Source: Candidatus Poribacteria bacterium (GTDB lineage: Bacteria; Poribacteria; WGA-4E; JAJDTR01). From it: a stretch of DNA of 64,000 nt. The stretch lies in contig CBDCTK010000002.1 in assembly GCA_965222225.1 (NCBI GenBank), forward strand, positions 4,032,001 through 4,096,000. The letters are read 5' to 3'. Positions 20,994 to 31,243 of the stretch are shown piece after piece; positions within the stretch are counted from its first letter, which is position 1, and each line of letters starts with the position of its first letter. Under the pieces are notes generated by a model. That model had not been told where the DNA came from, searched no databases, and saw nothing but the letters and a program-made list of their open reading frames with translations. A program made the translations under genes and the position numbers.

Positions 20994-21223
20994 AGGGTTA
21001 AGTGCGAGAATGAAACTTGTTGCGGGAACACGCGTTTGCCCTATGAGTGCAAGTTGATTGCAATGATACCCAATATGGTTCTGGAGGCCCCGATGTATGC
21101 GCTCTTGACACAACTGCTTGACACTTCCAACTACCGGGTGGTTTCTGCCGTGATTACAACAGATATAGTCGTTTCAACCAAGATTTATGCATATAGGATT
21201 TACACTGTTCGGTTTGTAGTCGC

Positions 21224-21355
21224 GATCAAGGGAGCGAATAGCGACTGCGATAGGGATCTTAAATAGAGATCAGGATTTACTATGGGAGTTCTATCGCACT
21301 CATTATTCATTCGCTTGATCCATCCTTATCCAGTCGGTTAATCGATAGAATTCCC
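21224..21355. mobile_element. Mixed-orientation VB-unit cluster inside a GTAG...GCGCAATTYATTGCGC REP
   Basis: Flanks match the uninterrupted copy at about 52576-52640. Confidence 0.85.
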
Positions 21356-21416
21356 TTTATTGCGCGTCTTCTGTAGGAGCGAGTTCTGCTCGCGATAGGA
21401 GGTCGCGATTCGGAGA

Positions 21417-21453
21417 GGGATCTCTATCGCACTCACTATCCGTTCGCTTGATC
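21417..21453 (+). mobile_element. Clean single 37-bp VB unit in the REP GTCGCGATTCGGAGATCGCTCCTAC
   Basis: gtcgcgattcggaga [gggatctctatcgcactcactatccgttcgcttga] tcgctcctac; uninterrupted REP at about 10503, 28553, 31400, 34028. Confidence 0.9.
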
Positions 21454-21517
21454 GCTCCTACAATCCTTTGGATGCGTCACTGCGTAAGTCCTAAGTTCGA
21501 CGTTTTACGTTTGTAAG

Positions 21518-21678
21518 GATTAAACAATCGGATAGCGATCGGATAACGATCAAAATTTTCTATCGCACTTGGATGTCTATCGCACTAACTGTGGGATCTA
21601 CTATTAGGATTCACTATCGCACTCATTAGCCATTCGCTTGATCCTTCGCTATCCGCTCAGTTGATCGTTCCTTTGATC
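21518..21678. mobile_element. Large nested VB-unit cluster
   Basis: Several GGAT..CTAT heads followed by three successive ...TTGATC tails. Confidence 0.8.
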
Positions 21679-21865
21679 GCTCACCCCAATCTACAAGCCG
21701 CGAAACTCTATAAACATCGCTTTTTCTTTGTTATTTTGTAGAAAATCCCCGAAATTACGGGAGTTTCAGATTGAAATCCACTGGCAGATGTGCTAAACTG
21801 AAAGGTAATGCGCAATTATTTGGCACAAACACTCCACCCCCAAACTGTTTCAACGAGAGTGAACA

Positions 21866-22855
21866 ATGGGATCTAGCCAGAACTCAGCGGCACATTTGGA
21901 AAACATGCGGCACCGCCGCATAAATCGAATGAAGCGTCAAAGAGCAATTGAAATCGGTAAACCGGTTGATGTCTCTTTGAAACCCATGGCATTGAACTCT
22001 TTACAGAAGAAGGAACTTTCCGGGCTGCAACTGCACGCTCACGGCGACCAGAAACATCAGGGCGCGAAGCGAAGCAGGGCATCCGTATTGGCTTCCTTGG
22101 GGCTTCACGCGATTATGGTGTTTATTGCGGCATTCTACGTCGTCAGAACCACTCAAGTTGATGACGAGGCTGTCAGCGTCGACTTTTTTCAACAGATTCT
22201 GGAAAAACGCAATCCGCCTATACGGAAGGAGGTAGTAAAGCAGAAAGCACTGCCTACCGAGCCGCTTAAGCCAATAGTCCTACCGGTACCGAAAGTGCCG
22301 GTGCGTCCAATCACATCAGACAGCGAAGGCAGCTTAGGAGACCCTAGTATGGGAGGTCTTGTTGATTCAGGTCTCGTCGCGGGTGGTAACATAAACACTG
22401 GCGGTATTATAGATAACTTAGGACCCGTCAAGCCACCGACATTTGATACCGGCGATCCAACGGAGAGTTTCCGACCAACATTCGACGAAGACGGTCTGGG
22501 TGTAATTGGTGAGCCGCCAGACCTTGAGAATACTCCCGACGCCGACCTCACCGGCGGCGATGCCTTCAAGCCCACGGAGATATTAAGGCCGCCCAGTTTC
22601 CGCAATAAAGTCGAGCCGAAATACCCGAGCGCGGCGAAGCGCGCCGGGAAAGAGGGCAAGGTTGTTCTGATGGCTACCATTGGCGTGGATGGCAAGGCTA
22701 CAGACATTGAGGTGAAGGAGGACAAAGTTGGATTTGGCTGCGCAAGAGCCGCCATACGGGCTTTGAAATCCTCACGCTTCAACCCTGCCAAACGGGGTGG
22801 GGAGAGCGTTCCCCAGAGGATATCCGTTCCGTATACCTTCAAAATTGAAGAATAA
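21866..22855 (+). CDS. tonB: Energy transducer TonB
   Basis: SLGLH transmembrane motif, Pro-rich linker, PKYPSAAKRAGKEGKV...FNPAKRGG..V. Confidence 0.85.
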   Translation: MGSSQNSAAHLENMRHRRINRMKRQRAIEIGKPVDVSLKPMALNSLQKKELSGLQLHAHGDQKHQGAKRSRASVLASLGLHAIMVFIAAFYVVRTTQVDDEAVSVDFFQQILEKRNPPIRKEVVKQKALPTEPLKPIVLPVPKVPVRPITSDSEGSLGDPSMGGLVDSGLVAGGNINTGGIIDNLGPVKPPTFDTGDPTESFRPTFDEDGLGVIGEPPDLENTPDADLTGGDAFKPTEILRPPSFRNKVEPKYPSAAKRAGKEGKVVLMATIGVDGKATDIEVKEDKVGFGCARAAIRALKSSRFNPAKRGGESVPQRISVPYTFKIEE

Positions 22856-22966
22856 ACGCCTCGCCGGTACGGTCAACAAACGCGTAAAACACAGGTCACT
22901 TTGGACCCAAATTGACGCGCCTAGGTTTAGCAAAACCACATCCCGCCGTTTGAAGGAGGTCAAACA

Positions 22967-23838
22967 ATGAAATCCAGCCAAGGGATTTCTGTGGCACATC
23001 TGGAAACCGTACGGCAGCGTCGCATGAGGCGAATTCGGCGTCAACGAGCGATTGAAGTCGGTAAACCGGTTGATGTCTCTTTGAAAGCCATGGCGTTGAA
23101 CCCTACCCAAAAGAGGGTACTTTCCGACCTGCACGTCCAACCGCATGTCGACCAGAAGCATCAAATCATGACACCGAAACGCGTGTCCGTAATGGCTGCT
23201 TAGGGCTTCACCTAATCGCCGTACTGCTTGGATCCTATTATGTTCTTAAACCCGCCCGTCTTGATGCTGAGACGAAAAACGGTGAAATTGTCCACTCAAT
23301 CTGCGGTATCGGAGCACGCAGTCTCCCACCTCTTCAATTTTCAAGAACGCCAAATCCGGTTCCCTCGGGATTGGGGTGCATGGGCGGTAATCCATCGGGA
23401 AATTTTGTCCCTACTCCTGGTTATGAGAAAATTCGCCGCGACGCTTTCAGCTCTCTTGAAGTTACGAGACCGCCCAGTTTCCGCAAAAAAGTCGAGCCGA
23501 AATACCCGAGCGAGGCGAAGCGCGCCGGGAAAGAGGGTAAGGTTGTTCTGATGGCTACCATTGACGTGGATGGCAAAGCCAAAGAAATTGAGGTCAAGGA
23601 GGACGAGGTTGGATTTGGCTGCGCCAGAGCCGTCATACAGGCTTTGAAATCCTCACGCTTCAACCCTGGCAAACTGGGTGACGAGATTGTCCCCTACAGA
23701 ATAGCAATCCCCTATCAGTTCAAGTTGGAAGATGAAGTGACTCGCGCGAACCGTCAACAAACGCGCGTGAACCACAGGTCACCGCGAACGTCCATTGAGA
23801 GCGATCTCGTGAAGATAGTCGAAGTCGGTTGTTGGTAG
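22967..23838 (+). pseudogene. Degraded second tonB copy
   Basis: N-terminal RQRAIEVGKPVDVSLK and C-terminal PKYPSEAKRAGKEGKV match 21866..22855; stop codon and frameshifts in between. Confidence 0.85.
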
Positions 23839-24010
23839 AGAGAGTGTTTCCACAGGTTTGTCAAAGCAGACTAAAAGGCACTCCGATGCGTCATACTTTT
23901 TTCTATTGGCAAAATTGAACCCGAAATTCATTCTTGGGCAACCCTCTTAGCCTATAGCCGCGCCTCGGTTTAGAAAAACCACATCCGGCCCGCTTGAACG
24001 AGGCCAAGCA

Positions 24011-24212
24011 ATGAAATCCAGCCAGGACAATTCCACAGCACATTTGGGGGACATGCAACGGCGTCGCATGCAAGGAGGACAAGGTTGGATTTGGCTGCGC
24101 AAGAGCCGCCATTCAGGCTTTGAAATCCTCATGGTTCTACCCTGCCAAACGGGGTGAGGAAATCGTTCCCCAGAGGATAACCATTCCGTATACCTTCACA
24201 ATTGAAGATTAA
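24011..24212 (+). pseudogene. Third, internally deleted tonB remnant
   Basis: atgaaatccagcca start joined directly to aaggaggacaaggttggatttggctgc...attgaagattaa. Confidence 0.8.
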
Positions 24213-25095
24213 CAGTTTCATGGGAAGGTCAATTAATGAGGCGATAACAGTAACGCTTCCCCGCTTCATTTCGCTTGTTAGCCCCCCAAACCTCTTTAGA
24301 CTCACATTAACGCTTGCCGTTCTTTTGCTCACCTCTTCTCTCGCCCTCTCCGCCGAATTCCCGTTTGAAGAAGCGCGACCGCACTATACCGGGGCGCGTG
24401 CCTTGGGAATGGGGAATGCGTTTACCGCTGTCGCCGATGACGCTTCGGCGGGCTTCTGGAATCCCGCGGGATTGATTCAGTGGACAGGCGTAAAACTCTT
24501 TGGCGTCAACAAATTGCATGACCGCTCGGATTACGCCTTCGATCCGAAGGGCATCGGCTATTCCTATCGTAGATTCGGCTTATTCTGGGGCAACAAAATC
24601 GCGTTGGGCGTCGAGTCGGGAACCCCGGATTTCAACTACTACGGGTTTGCCTACCAGATAAGTTCGCACGTTGCGGGCGGCGCCAACGTCAAATTTCAAC
24701 GCGCACATCCGAGCGACCATTACCAGTTCTTTGGTACGGATCCCTCCTACGATTTTGCTCTCCTCCTCAAGCCTAGCGCCAATCTTAAGTTCGGTCTTCT
24801 GGCGGGACGCCTGCCCAAGACGCGCGGAGTTCGCTGGGTAACGCTAGGCGCCGCATTCCAGTTTCGGCAGGCGCTGTTTGCATCGGACATCGCCATACCG
24901 CGTTCGGGGCGCCCAGACCTCTATTTCGGTATCGAGTGGTCAGCCCTGCCGTTCCTATATCTGCGCACCGGCTATTCGGCTCACGATTGGACGGGCGGCA
25001 TCGGCTACGATTGGAAATGGGGACGCATCGACTACGCCAGAATCTACGAAGACAAATTTACGTCGGATTTTATCTCGGCGGAAATACGGTTTTGA
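24202..25095 (+). CDS. PorV/UPF0164-like outer-membrane beta-barrel protein (start uncertain)
   Basis: GARALGMGNAFTAVADDASAGFWNPAGL motif; C-terminal Phe. Confidence 0.7.
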   Translation: MKINSFMGRSINEAITVTLPRFISLVSPPNLFRLTLTLAVLLLTSSLALSAEFPFEEARPHYTGARALGMGNAFTAVADDASAGFWNPAGLIQWTGVKLFGVNKLHDRSDYAFDPKGIGYSYRRFGLFWGNKIALGVESGTPDFNYYGFAYQISSHVAGGANVKFQRAHPSDHYQFFGTDPSYDFALLLKPSANLKFGLLAGRLPKTRGVRWVTLGAAFQFRQALFASDIAIPRSGRPDLYFGIEWSALPFLYLRTGYSAHDWTGGIGYDWKWGRIDYARIYEDKFTSDFISAEIRF

Positions 25096-25201
25096 AGGCA
25101 TCTTCCGATGCTCCTACCCCTGCACCATTCGACCATTCCAATAATTGGGCGCTTTCTATACTGCCCACGTTTTGACGGAACAATCCAAGCCGAAAAACCG
25201 A

Positions 25202-25230
25202 TTGACACACGAATCCTTTCAGGTTATGCT
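25202..25230 (+). promoter_or_regulatory. sigma70-like promoter of the rsmD operon
   Basis: TTGACA-17 bp-TATGCT. Confidence 0.6.
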
Positions 25231-25247
25231 TACGGAACAAAAATCTG

Positions 25248-25829
25248 ATGAGAATCATCTCCGGAAGGTTCAAAGGCAAACGCTTGACCTCGGTCAAAGC
25301 GAACACGGTGCGACCGACTTCGGATCGTGTAAAAGAGTCCGTGTTTGGGATTCTGGGCGACAGGATAATCGATTCAAATTTCCTGGACCTCTGCGCGGGC
25401 ACGGGCAACATTGGGCTTGAAGCATTGAGCCGCGGGGCGAAATCTGTGACCTTTGTTGATCGGAGCCCTCATTGCATCCGCGTGATTAAGTCCAATCTTT
25501 CGGGTTGTAGTGTGAGCGGCGACGAACCTCACGTAAATATCGTCAAGCTGGATATGCTCAAGGGAATCGCTTTTTTCGCTCGGCGCAACGCCCGATTTGA
25601 TTTAATCTACTTCGATCCGCCTTACGATTCGGACATCCATGAAGCTTGCCTGAGACAGATTGATAAGAACAATATGCTGCTACCCCTCGGTCAAGTTATC
25701 GTGGAGCGGCGGAGAGAACGGAAGGGAGAGTGCGCTGCGCCTGTAGCGTTTGACGAGTTGAGACTGAAACGACAGGAACGGTACGGTGATACGGTTATAT
25801 CGTTCTACCAAAGGGAGGACACTGGATGA
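25248..25829 (+). CDS. rsmD: 16S rRNA m2G966 methyltransferase
   Basis: MRIISG..RPTSDRVKES, LDLCAGTG, DPPY. Confidence 0.93.
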   Translation: MRIISGRFKGKRLTSVKANTVRPTSDRVKESVFGILGDRIIDSNFLDLCAGTGNIGLEALSRGAKSVTFVDRSPHCIRVIKSNLSGCSVSGDEPHVNIVKLDMLKGIAFFARRNARFDLIYFDPPYDSDIHEACLRQIDKNNMLLPLGQVIVERRRERKGECAAPVAFDELRLKRQERYGDTVISFYQREDTG

Positions 25830-26611
25830 AACTTTCAAGTCAGGAGAAGATGGTGCCCGGAGCGGAACTGGGAGAGAAACTTGACAACCTGGCGGCATAC
25901 GGTTACGAGGGGATTGAATTCGGGGGTAACAGTTTGGGGGAACGGCAGGATGAGATAGTCAAAGCAACCGAGAATCATCCCGTCAAAGCCAGTACAATTT
26001 GCGCCGGTTATCCCGGTTGTCTCTTGGACAGCGATCCCGAGCAACGGGAGCTTGCGATCGCGGGAATCAGATCTCTGCTGAAGGTTGGGGCGGCGATCGG
26101 CGCTGTCGGGCTGATTATGGTGCCTGTTTTTGGCGCGCCGCGCATCAGTGACTTAAGCCCGTATAAGACGACGACGGAACTCGAAACCGAACTTCTCGTT
26201 GAAATTCTGAAGGATCTCGGGGGCTATGCCGAGGAAGTCGGGTCTATTGTGCTGCTTGAACCCCTCAATCGCTATGAAACGCACTTCATCAGGAGCCTCA
26301 ACGACGGAGTTGAAATCTGCAAGCGGGTGGGCAGCCCCAACGTGGCGATTATGGCGGACTTCTTTCACATGAGCCTTGAGGAGAGAAACATTCCGGAGAG
26401 CATTGAGGCGGCGGGCGAGTACATCAGGCACGTCCATCTGGCGGACAGCACCCGTGAACTTCCGGGATATGGACACACGGATTTCGCTGCCGGATTTGCA
26501 GCGTTGAAACGAATCGGATATCGGGACTACATGGCGTTGGAATGCGCCATCCCGGGCCCCGGTGAAGTCGAACTCCCGAAATCGGCGACGTATATGAAAC
26601 AGTGGCTTTAG
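25826..26611 (+). CDS. Sugar phosphate isomerase/epimerase (xylose isomerase-like TIM barrel)
   Basis: LEPLNRYET, DFFHM, HVHLADS.R..PG.G. Confidence 0.88.
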   Translation: MKLSSQEKMVPGAELGEKLDNLAAYGYEGIEFGGNSLGERQDEIVKATENHPVKASTICAGYPGCLLDSDPEQRELAIAGIRSLLKVGAAIGAVGLIMVPVFGAPRISDLSPYKTTTELETELLVEILKDLGGYAEEVGSIVLLEPLNRYETHFIRSLNDGVEICKRVGSPNVAIMADFFHMSLEERNIPESIEAAGEYIRHVHLADSTRELPGYGHTDFAAGFAALKRIGYRDYMALECAIPGPGEVELPKSATYMKQWL

Positions 26612-26699
26612 AGATGATTCCGATGACGCTTGGTCGACGAACTCGTAAGTCCTATATTCGATTCGAGATGCGCAAGAGTCGGAATTAACGGAGGGAAAA

Positions 26700-27668
26700 A
26701 TGAATAAAGTAAGAATCGGCGCGATTGGCGTTGGCGGAATGGCAAGCGGCCACATGAAGCATTTGGCGGGATTCGACGATGTCGAATTTGCCGCCATGTG
26801 CGACATCTCGGAGGAGCGGGCTAACAACGCCTCTCAAGAATATGGAGGCACCCCTTACACCGACTACAAAGAAATGTACGAAAAGGAGGAGTTGGACGCC
26901 GTATACATCTGTACTCCTCCCTTCGTGCATGGGGAACAGGAGCTGATTGCGTGCGAAAAACGCATTCCATTTTTTATCGAGAAACCGGTCGGCACTTGTA
27001 GGGACGTGGCACAAGAGATTCATGAAGCCGTACAAAGCAGCGGCAATATTACCAGCGTCGGCTATCATTGGCGTTATCACGGTCACACGAGCAAAGCAAA
27101 AACCGCTCTGGAAGGCGCGAGCGTAGTGGGCGCGCTAGGCTACTGGATGGGCGGTATGCCGGGAGTTGCGTGGTGGCGCGTTCGCGCCGAGTCGGGCGGA
27201 CAACACGTTGAGCAGACGACCCACATTTTCGATCTGTGCCGCTATCTTGTCGGGAGTGATGTCGCCGCCGTGCACGGATTCGCTGCCCAAGGCAGTATGA
27301 CCGACGTTCCAAACTACGACGTCGACGACATGAGTGTTGTCAACCTTCACTTTTCCAGTGGCGCCGTTGCAAACATTACGTCTGCCTGTATGTTAGAGGG
27401 TTGGGGGCGCGTAAAGCTTGAAGTGTTTTGCCGCGGACTCGTCGTCGAAGTCAATTCCGGTGACACCGCTGTCAACCGCGCCGGGGAAACCGAATCGCTC
27501 GACAATGATGTCAACGGCTCTGTGCGCGAAGATCGAATCTTTATTGACGCCGTAAAGAGCGGAGATTCGTCGGAGATTCTCGCTCCTTATTCCGAAGGGC
27601 TGAAAACCTTGGAAGTTACGCTGGCGGCGAGTGAATCGTTCGCCCAGGGAAAGCAGATTAACCTGTAA
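26700..27668 (+). CDS. Gfo/Idh/MocA oxidoreductase
   Basis: GVGGMA Rossmann motif, CTPPFVH, IEKP. Confidence 0.9.
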   Translation: MNKVRIGAIGVGGMASGHMKHLAGFDDVEFAAMCDISEERANNASQEYGGTPYTDYKEMYEKEELDAVYICTPPFVHGEQELIACEKRIPFFIEKPVGTCRDVAQEIHEAVQSSGNITSVGYHWRYHGHTSKAKTALEGASVVGALGYWMGGMPGVAWWRVRAESGGQHVEQTTHIFDLCRYLVGSDVAAVHGFAAQGSMTDVPNYDVDDMSVVNLHFSSGAVANITSACMLEGWGRVKLEVFCRGLVVEVNSGDTAVNRAGETESLDNDVNGSVREDRIFIDAVKSGDSSEILAPYSEGLKTLEVTLAASESFAQGKQINL

Positions 27669-27704
27669 TCCTCGACCAATGCCGCGTAAGGCATATTGGG
27701 AAAA

Positions 27705-28400
27705 ATGGAATCTGAGTATCACATTCGGTTGAAAGATCTTCCGGCAGACGAGCGTCCGATGGAACGTCTCCGAGAGCATGGCCCCGAGGCACTGAAAACG
27801 TCGGAGTTGCTGGCAATCATTATCCGCACCGGAACCGGGCAAGCCACCGCCGTGCAGGTGGCGGAGCAGTTGTTGAAAAAGTACGATGGCAACCTGAAAC
27901 GAATCGCAGATGAGACTCCGCAGCAACTGGGAGAGGGTGTCAAGGGCTTGGGGGCGGTAAAGGCGGCTCAAATCAAAGCGTCTTTTGAGTTGGGACGACG
28001 AATGGCGTCGTATTTTGAGGAGAAATATCAAATCTCCGCGCCATCCGACGTTGCGCGGCTAATGATGTCATCCATGCGGGATCTCAAACAGGAGGTGTTG
28101 TACGTTCTCTGCCTTGATACCAAGCACAACGTAATCAAGAGGCGTCAAATCTTTGAGGGCAGCTTGAACGCCAGCATAATCCATCCCCGCGAGGTCTTTC
28201 GATTCGCCATTGAGGAGGCGGCAGCCGCAATTCTTCTGGTTCACAACCATCCATCCGGCGATCCCGCTCCGAGCAAAGAAGACATTCGGGCGACAAAGGA
28301 GTTAATCGCGGCGGGAAATCACATTCAAATCCCCGTGTTGGATCACATCATCATTGGGGATGGAGTCTATACGAGCTTGAAGGAGGAAGGAGGCATTTGA
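27705..28400 (+). CDS. radC: RadC (JAB-domain) protein
   Basis: ERPMERL...GLGAVKA; HPREVF, HNHPSG, LDHIIIG. Confidence 0.93.
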   Translation: MESEYHIRLKDLPADERPMERLREHGPEALKTSELLAIIIRTGTGQATAVQVAEQLLKKYDGNLKRIADETPQQLGEGVKGLGAVKAAQIKASFELGRRMASYFEEKYQISAPSDVARLMMSSMRDLKQEVLYVLCLDTKHNVIKRRQIFEGSLNASIIHPREVFRFAIEEAAAAILLVHNHPSGDPAPSKEDIRATKELIAAGNHIQIPVLDHIIIGDGVYTSLKEEGGI

Positions 28401-28499
28401 TGAGAAAGTCTTGTGTTTTTAGGAGTATTTGTGCAGAGATAGATAAAGCAATTTGCTGACACCGGCGAAAACGGAAAGAGCCAATCGCCCCGTAGGAGG

Positions 28500-28536
28500 G
28501 ATCAACTGAGCGGACAACGAAGGCGATAGAGATCCC
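28500..28536 (-). mobile_element. Single VB unit in a GTAGGAG REP
   Basis: gatcaa-ct-ga-gc-ggaca-ac-ga-ag-gcgatag-agatccc. Confidence 0.85.
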
Positions 28537-28643
28537 TTCCGATTCCGGACAGGTCGCGATTCGGAGATCGCTCCTACAGACTCGACTGCGTAAGTCCTAT
28601 GTGTATAATTCTTGGTTGCAATGACTATGACAGGTGTATAGAT

Positions 28644-29414
28644 TCACTCGTGCGTCCTTTGCCGAAGAACCTCGTATAATAGCACTCCCGCCGCTACCGA
28701 CACGTTCAAAGACGGCAAATGACCGTGCATCGGTAGACGAACCAGCGAATCGCACTTTTCCCTCACGAGCCTTCGCAGTCCCGCCGCTTCATTGCCCAAG
28801 ACGAGACAAAGCGGCACCGCAAAATCGGCTTGTGTGTAGATTAGCGGCGCTTCCTGCTCAGCTCCGATAACCCAAAATCCAGAGTCTTTTATACGCTCGA
28901 TAGTTCGCGCGAGATTCGTGACTTGGGCAACCGGGATATATTCCGCGCTGCCCGCCGATGCCTTATGGACGGTTGTCGTTACCCCCACCGCTCTATTCTT
29001 TGGAATCACAATCCCATCCACGCCCGCAGCGTCGGCTGTGCGCATGACTGCGCCGAGGTTGTGCGGATCTTGAACCCCATCCAACATTACAATCAAGGGC
29101 GGGCGGTCTCCCCGTTCGTCCTGGATTTGCTCAAGCAGCGTTCCGATTTCCAAGTATTTCTTGGGACTGGCAATGGCGATAACTCCCTGATGAGGGATTG
29201 TTGACTCTAGTCGATCTAGTTCAATGCGGGGAACAAAATCACAGCGGATTCCCTTTTTCTGAGCGAGCGAGGTGATTTGACGAAGCCGTGGGTGGTCTCG
29301 TCCCTGCGCAATCTGGATTAGCTCAATCTCACGCTCACCTCCACGCAAGAGTTCCAACACGGAATTCCGTCCGACGATTGCATATGGGTTTGACGTTGTA
29401 TGATGATTATCCAT
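28644..29414 (-). CDS. rlmB: 23S rRNA Gm2251 methyltransferase
   Basis: HQGV, LDGVQDPHNLGA, GNE..G, SLNVSVA SPOUT motifs. Confidence 0.92.
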   Translation of the reverse strand: MDNHHTTSNPYAIVGRNSVLELLRGGEREIELIQIAQGRDHPRLRQITSLAQKKGIRCDFVPRIELDRLESTIPHQGVIAIASPKKYLEIGTLLEQIQDERGDRPPLIVMLDGVQDPHNLGAVMRTADAAGVDGIVIPKNRAVGVTTTVHKASAGSAEYIPVAQVTNLARTIERIKDSGFWVIGAEQEAPLIYTQADFAVPLCLVLGNEAAGLRRLVREKCDSLVRLPMHGHLPSLNVSVAAGVLLYEVLRQRTHE

Positions 29415-29554
29415 TAGAATGCGTGCGTGTTCCTGACTGGGTTCAGCAAGTTTTGGTATTAAGGTTCATCTTCTGAACAACTAATGAGAATAGGATTGGA
29501 AGAGTGGAAGGTTGGAAGAACTCCTTCCACTCGCTGACATAGTTGATAACAACC

Positions 29555-31243
29555 TTATCCCGTAACCGCGCCTTCGGAAGCGGAAGAAACGCTCTTCGCG
29601 TACTTTGCAAATACGCCGCGGGTGTAGTGCGGTGCCGGCGCAGTCCAGGAGTCGAGCCGCGCACGCAACTCGTCATCCGACAGTTCCACGTCGATTCGCC
29701 GTTTCTCCACATCAATCACGACGATATCGCCATCCCGCAGCGCCGCAATCGGTCCGCCGCGCGCAGCTTCGGGAGCAACGTGACCAACCATAAAGCCGCG
29801 TGTGGCGCCCGAGAATCTTCCGTCGGTCAAGAGCGCCACCGACTCCCCAAGTCCGGCGCCGACAATTGCGGCGGTGATGCCAAGCATTTCGCGCATACCG
29901 GGACCGCCCGCCGGTCCCTCGTAGCGGATAGCCACCACATCACCGGGGTTGATTTTTCCACCCTTAATTGCCGCAAACGTATCCTCTTCACGTTCAAAAA
30001 CGCGGACAGGTCCTCGGTGAATCGTTCTCTCGCTGGCGGCGACCTTTATGACGCAACCGTCCGGCGCCAAGTTGCCGCGCAGGATGACCAGCCCGCCCGT
30101 TGGCTTGATAGCGTCCGATATCGGGCGAACAACCTCTTGCCCGTCCGTTTCCAGCGCTTTTGAAGCCTCGTCGCCGATGGAGTCCCCCGTCACCGTCAGT
30201 TCATCGGCGTGCAGAAGTCCCGCCTCAAGCAGCCTCTGAGCCACCAAGGGAATGCCGCCCGCCTGATGCAAATCGGCGGCAACAAAACGCCCTCCGGGCT
30301 TGAGGTCGACAAAAGTCGGCGTGCGGGAATTGATTTCTTGAAAATCGTCAATCTCGAATGGGATATTCGCTTCGCTTGCAATCGCGAGCAGGTGAAGCAC
30401 GCCGTTGGTTGACCCGCCGGTCGTCGCAATTGAGGCGACTGCATTCTCAAGTGACTTACGAGTTATGATTTGACTTGGTCGGCGATCGTGTTCCAGCATA
30501 TCCATGACAAGTTTCCCCGCCTCGAAAGCGACTTGGTCTTTGTCCGGGTGCGTTGCCGGGACACTTCCACTCCCCATTGGCGCAATGCCGAGCACTTCGA
30601 TTGCCGTCGCCATCGTGTTGGCTGTGAATTGACCGCCGCAGGCTCCCGGACCCGGGCAGCCCTTACTGACAAGGTCATCCAGTTCTTCAACGGTTATCGT
30701 TCCGTTGGCATGTTTACCCACTGCCTCGAACACGTCTTGGATAGTGACATCCTGCCCCTGAAACCTGCCGGGCATGATGGAGCCGCCGTAGATCACCAGC
30801 GACGGAATATCGAGACGCACCAGCGCCATGACGGTGCCGGGCACGGTCTTGTCACATCCGGAGAGGGCAACGACGCCGTCGAACATATTCCCGCGAGCCA
30901 CTAGCTCAATGGAATCCGCGACAACCTCGCGGCTAACGAGCGAAGCCTTCATCCCCTCGCTGCCCATCGTGATGCCATCCGAGATGCTGACGGTGTTAAA
31001 CTCCAGCGGTGTTCCGCCCGCGGCTCGAATCCCCTCTTTAACCTTTGCCGCGAGCCGCCGGAGATGGAAATTACACGGACCAATTTCAATCCACGTATTG
31101 GCAACGCCAATGATTGGACGGTCCAAATCTTCGGGGGACAATCCGCCGTCTCCGAACATTAGCATTGCCCGTGCAGCCGCTCTATCCGGTCCGTCGGTAA
31201 TTACATAGCTTTGGCGTTTGAGTTTACTTGACATGATGTTCAC
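29555..31243 (-). CDS. ilvD: Dihydroxy-acid dehydratase
   Basis: PCN, SDG, GCDKT, GGSTN, EGPAGGPGMREM, TDGRFSG. Confidence 0.95.
   Translation of the reverse strand: MNIMSSKLKRQSYVITDGPDRAAARAMLMFGDGGLSPEDLDRPIIGVANTWIEIGPCNFHLRRLAAKVKEGIRAAGGTPLEFNTVSISDGITMGSEGMKASLVSREVVADSIELVARGNMFDGVVALSGCDKTVPGTVMALVRLDIPSLVIYGGSIMPGRFQGQDVTIQDVFEAVGKHANGTITVEELDDLVSKGCPGPGACGGQFTANTMATAIEVLGIAPMGSGSVPATHPDKDQVAFEAGKLVMDMLEHDRRPSQIITRKSLENAVASIATTGGSTNGVLHLLAIASEANIPFEIDDFQEINSRTPTFVDLKPGGRFVAADLHQAGGIPLVAQRLLEAGLLHADELTVTGDSIGDEASKALETDGQEVVRPISDAIKPTGGLVILRGNLAPDGCVIKVAASERTIHRGPVRVFEREEDTFAAIKGGKINPGDVVAIRYEGPAGGPGMREMLGITAAIVGAGLGESVALLTDGRFSGATRGFMVGHVAPEAARGGPIAALRDGDIVVIDVEKRRIDVELSDDELRARLDSWTAPAPHYTRGVFAKYAKSVSSASEGAVTG

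Noticed and set aside
20996-21165. Possible transposase remnant (minus strand ...KQLCQERIHRGLQNHIGY)
   Set aside because: Too short and degenerate to assign without a database search.
21224-21678. VB clusters as a CRISPR array
   Set aside because: Unit length is CRISPR-like, but there are no unique spacers of regular length, units are nested and dispersed, variability lies inside the repeat, and no cas genes are present.
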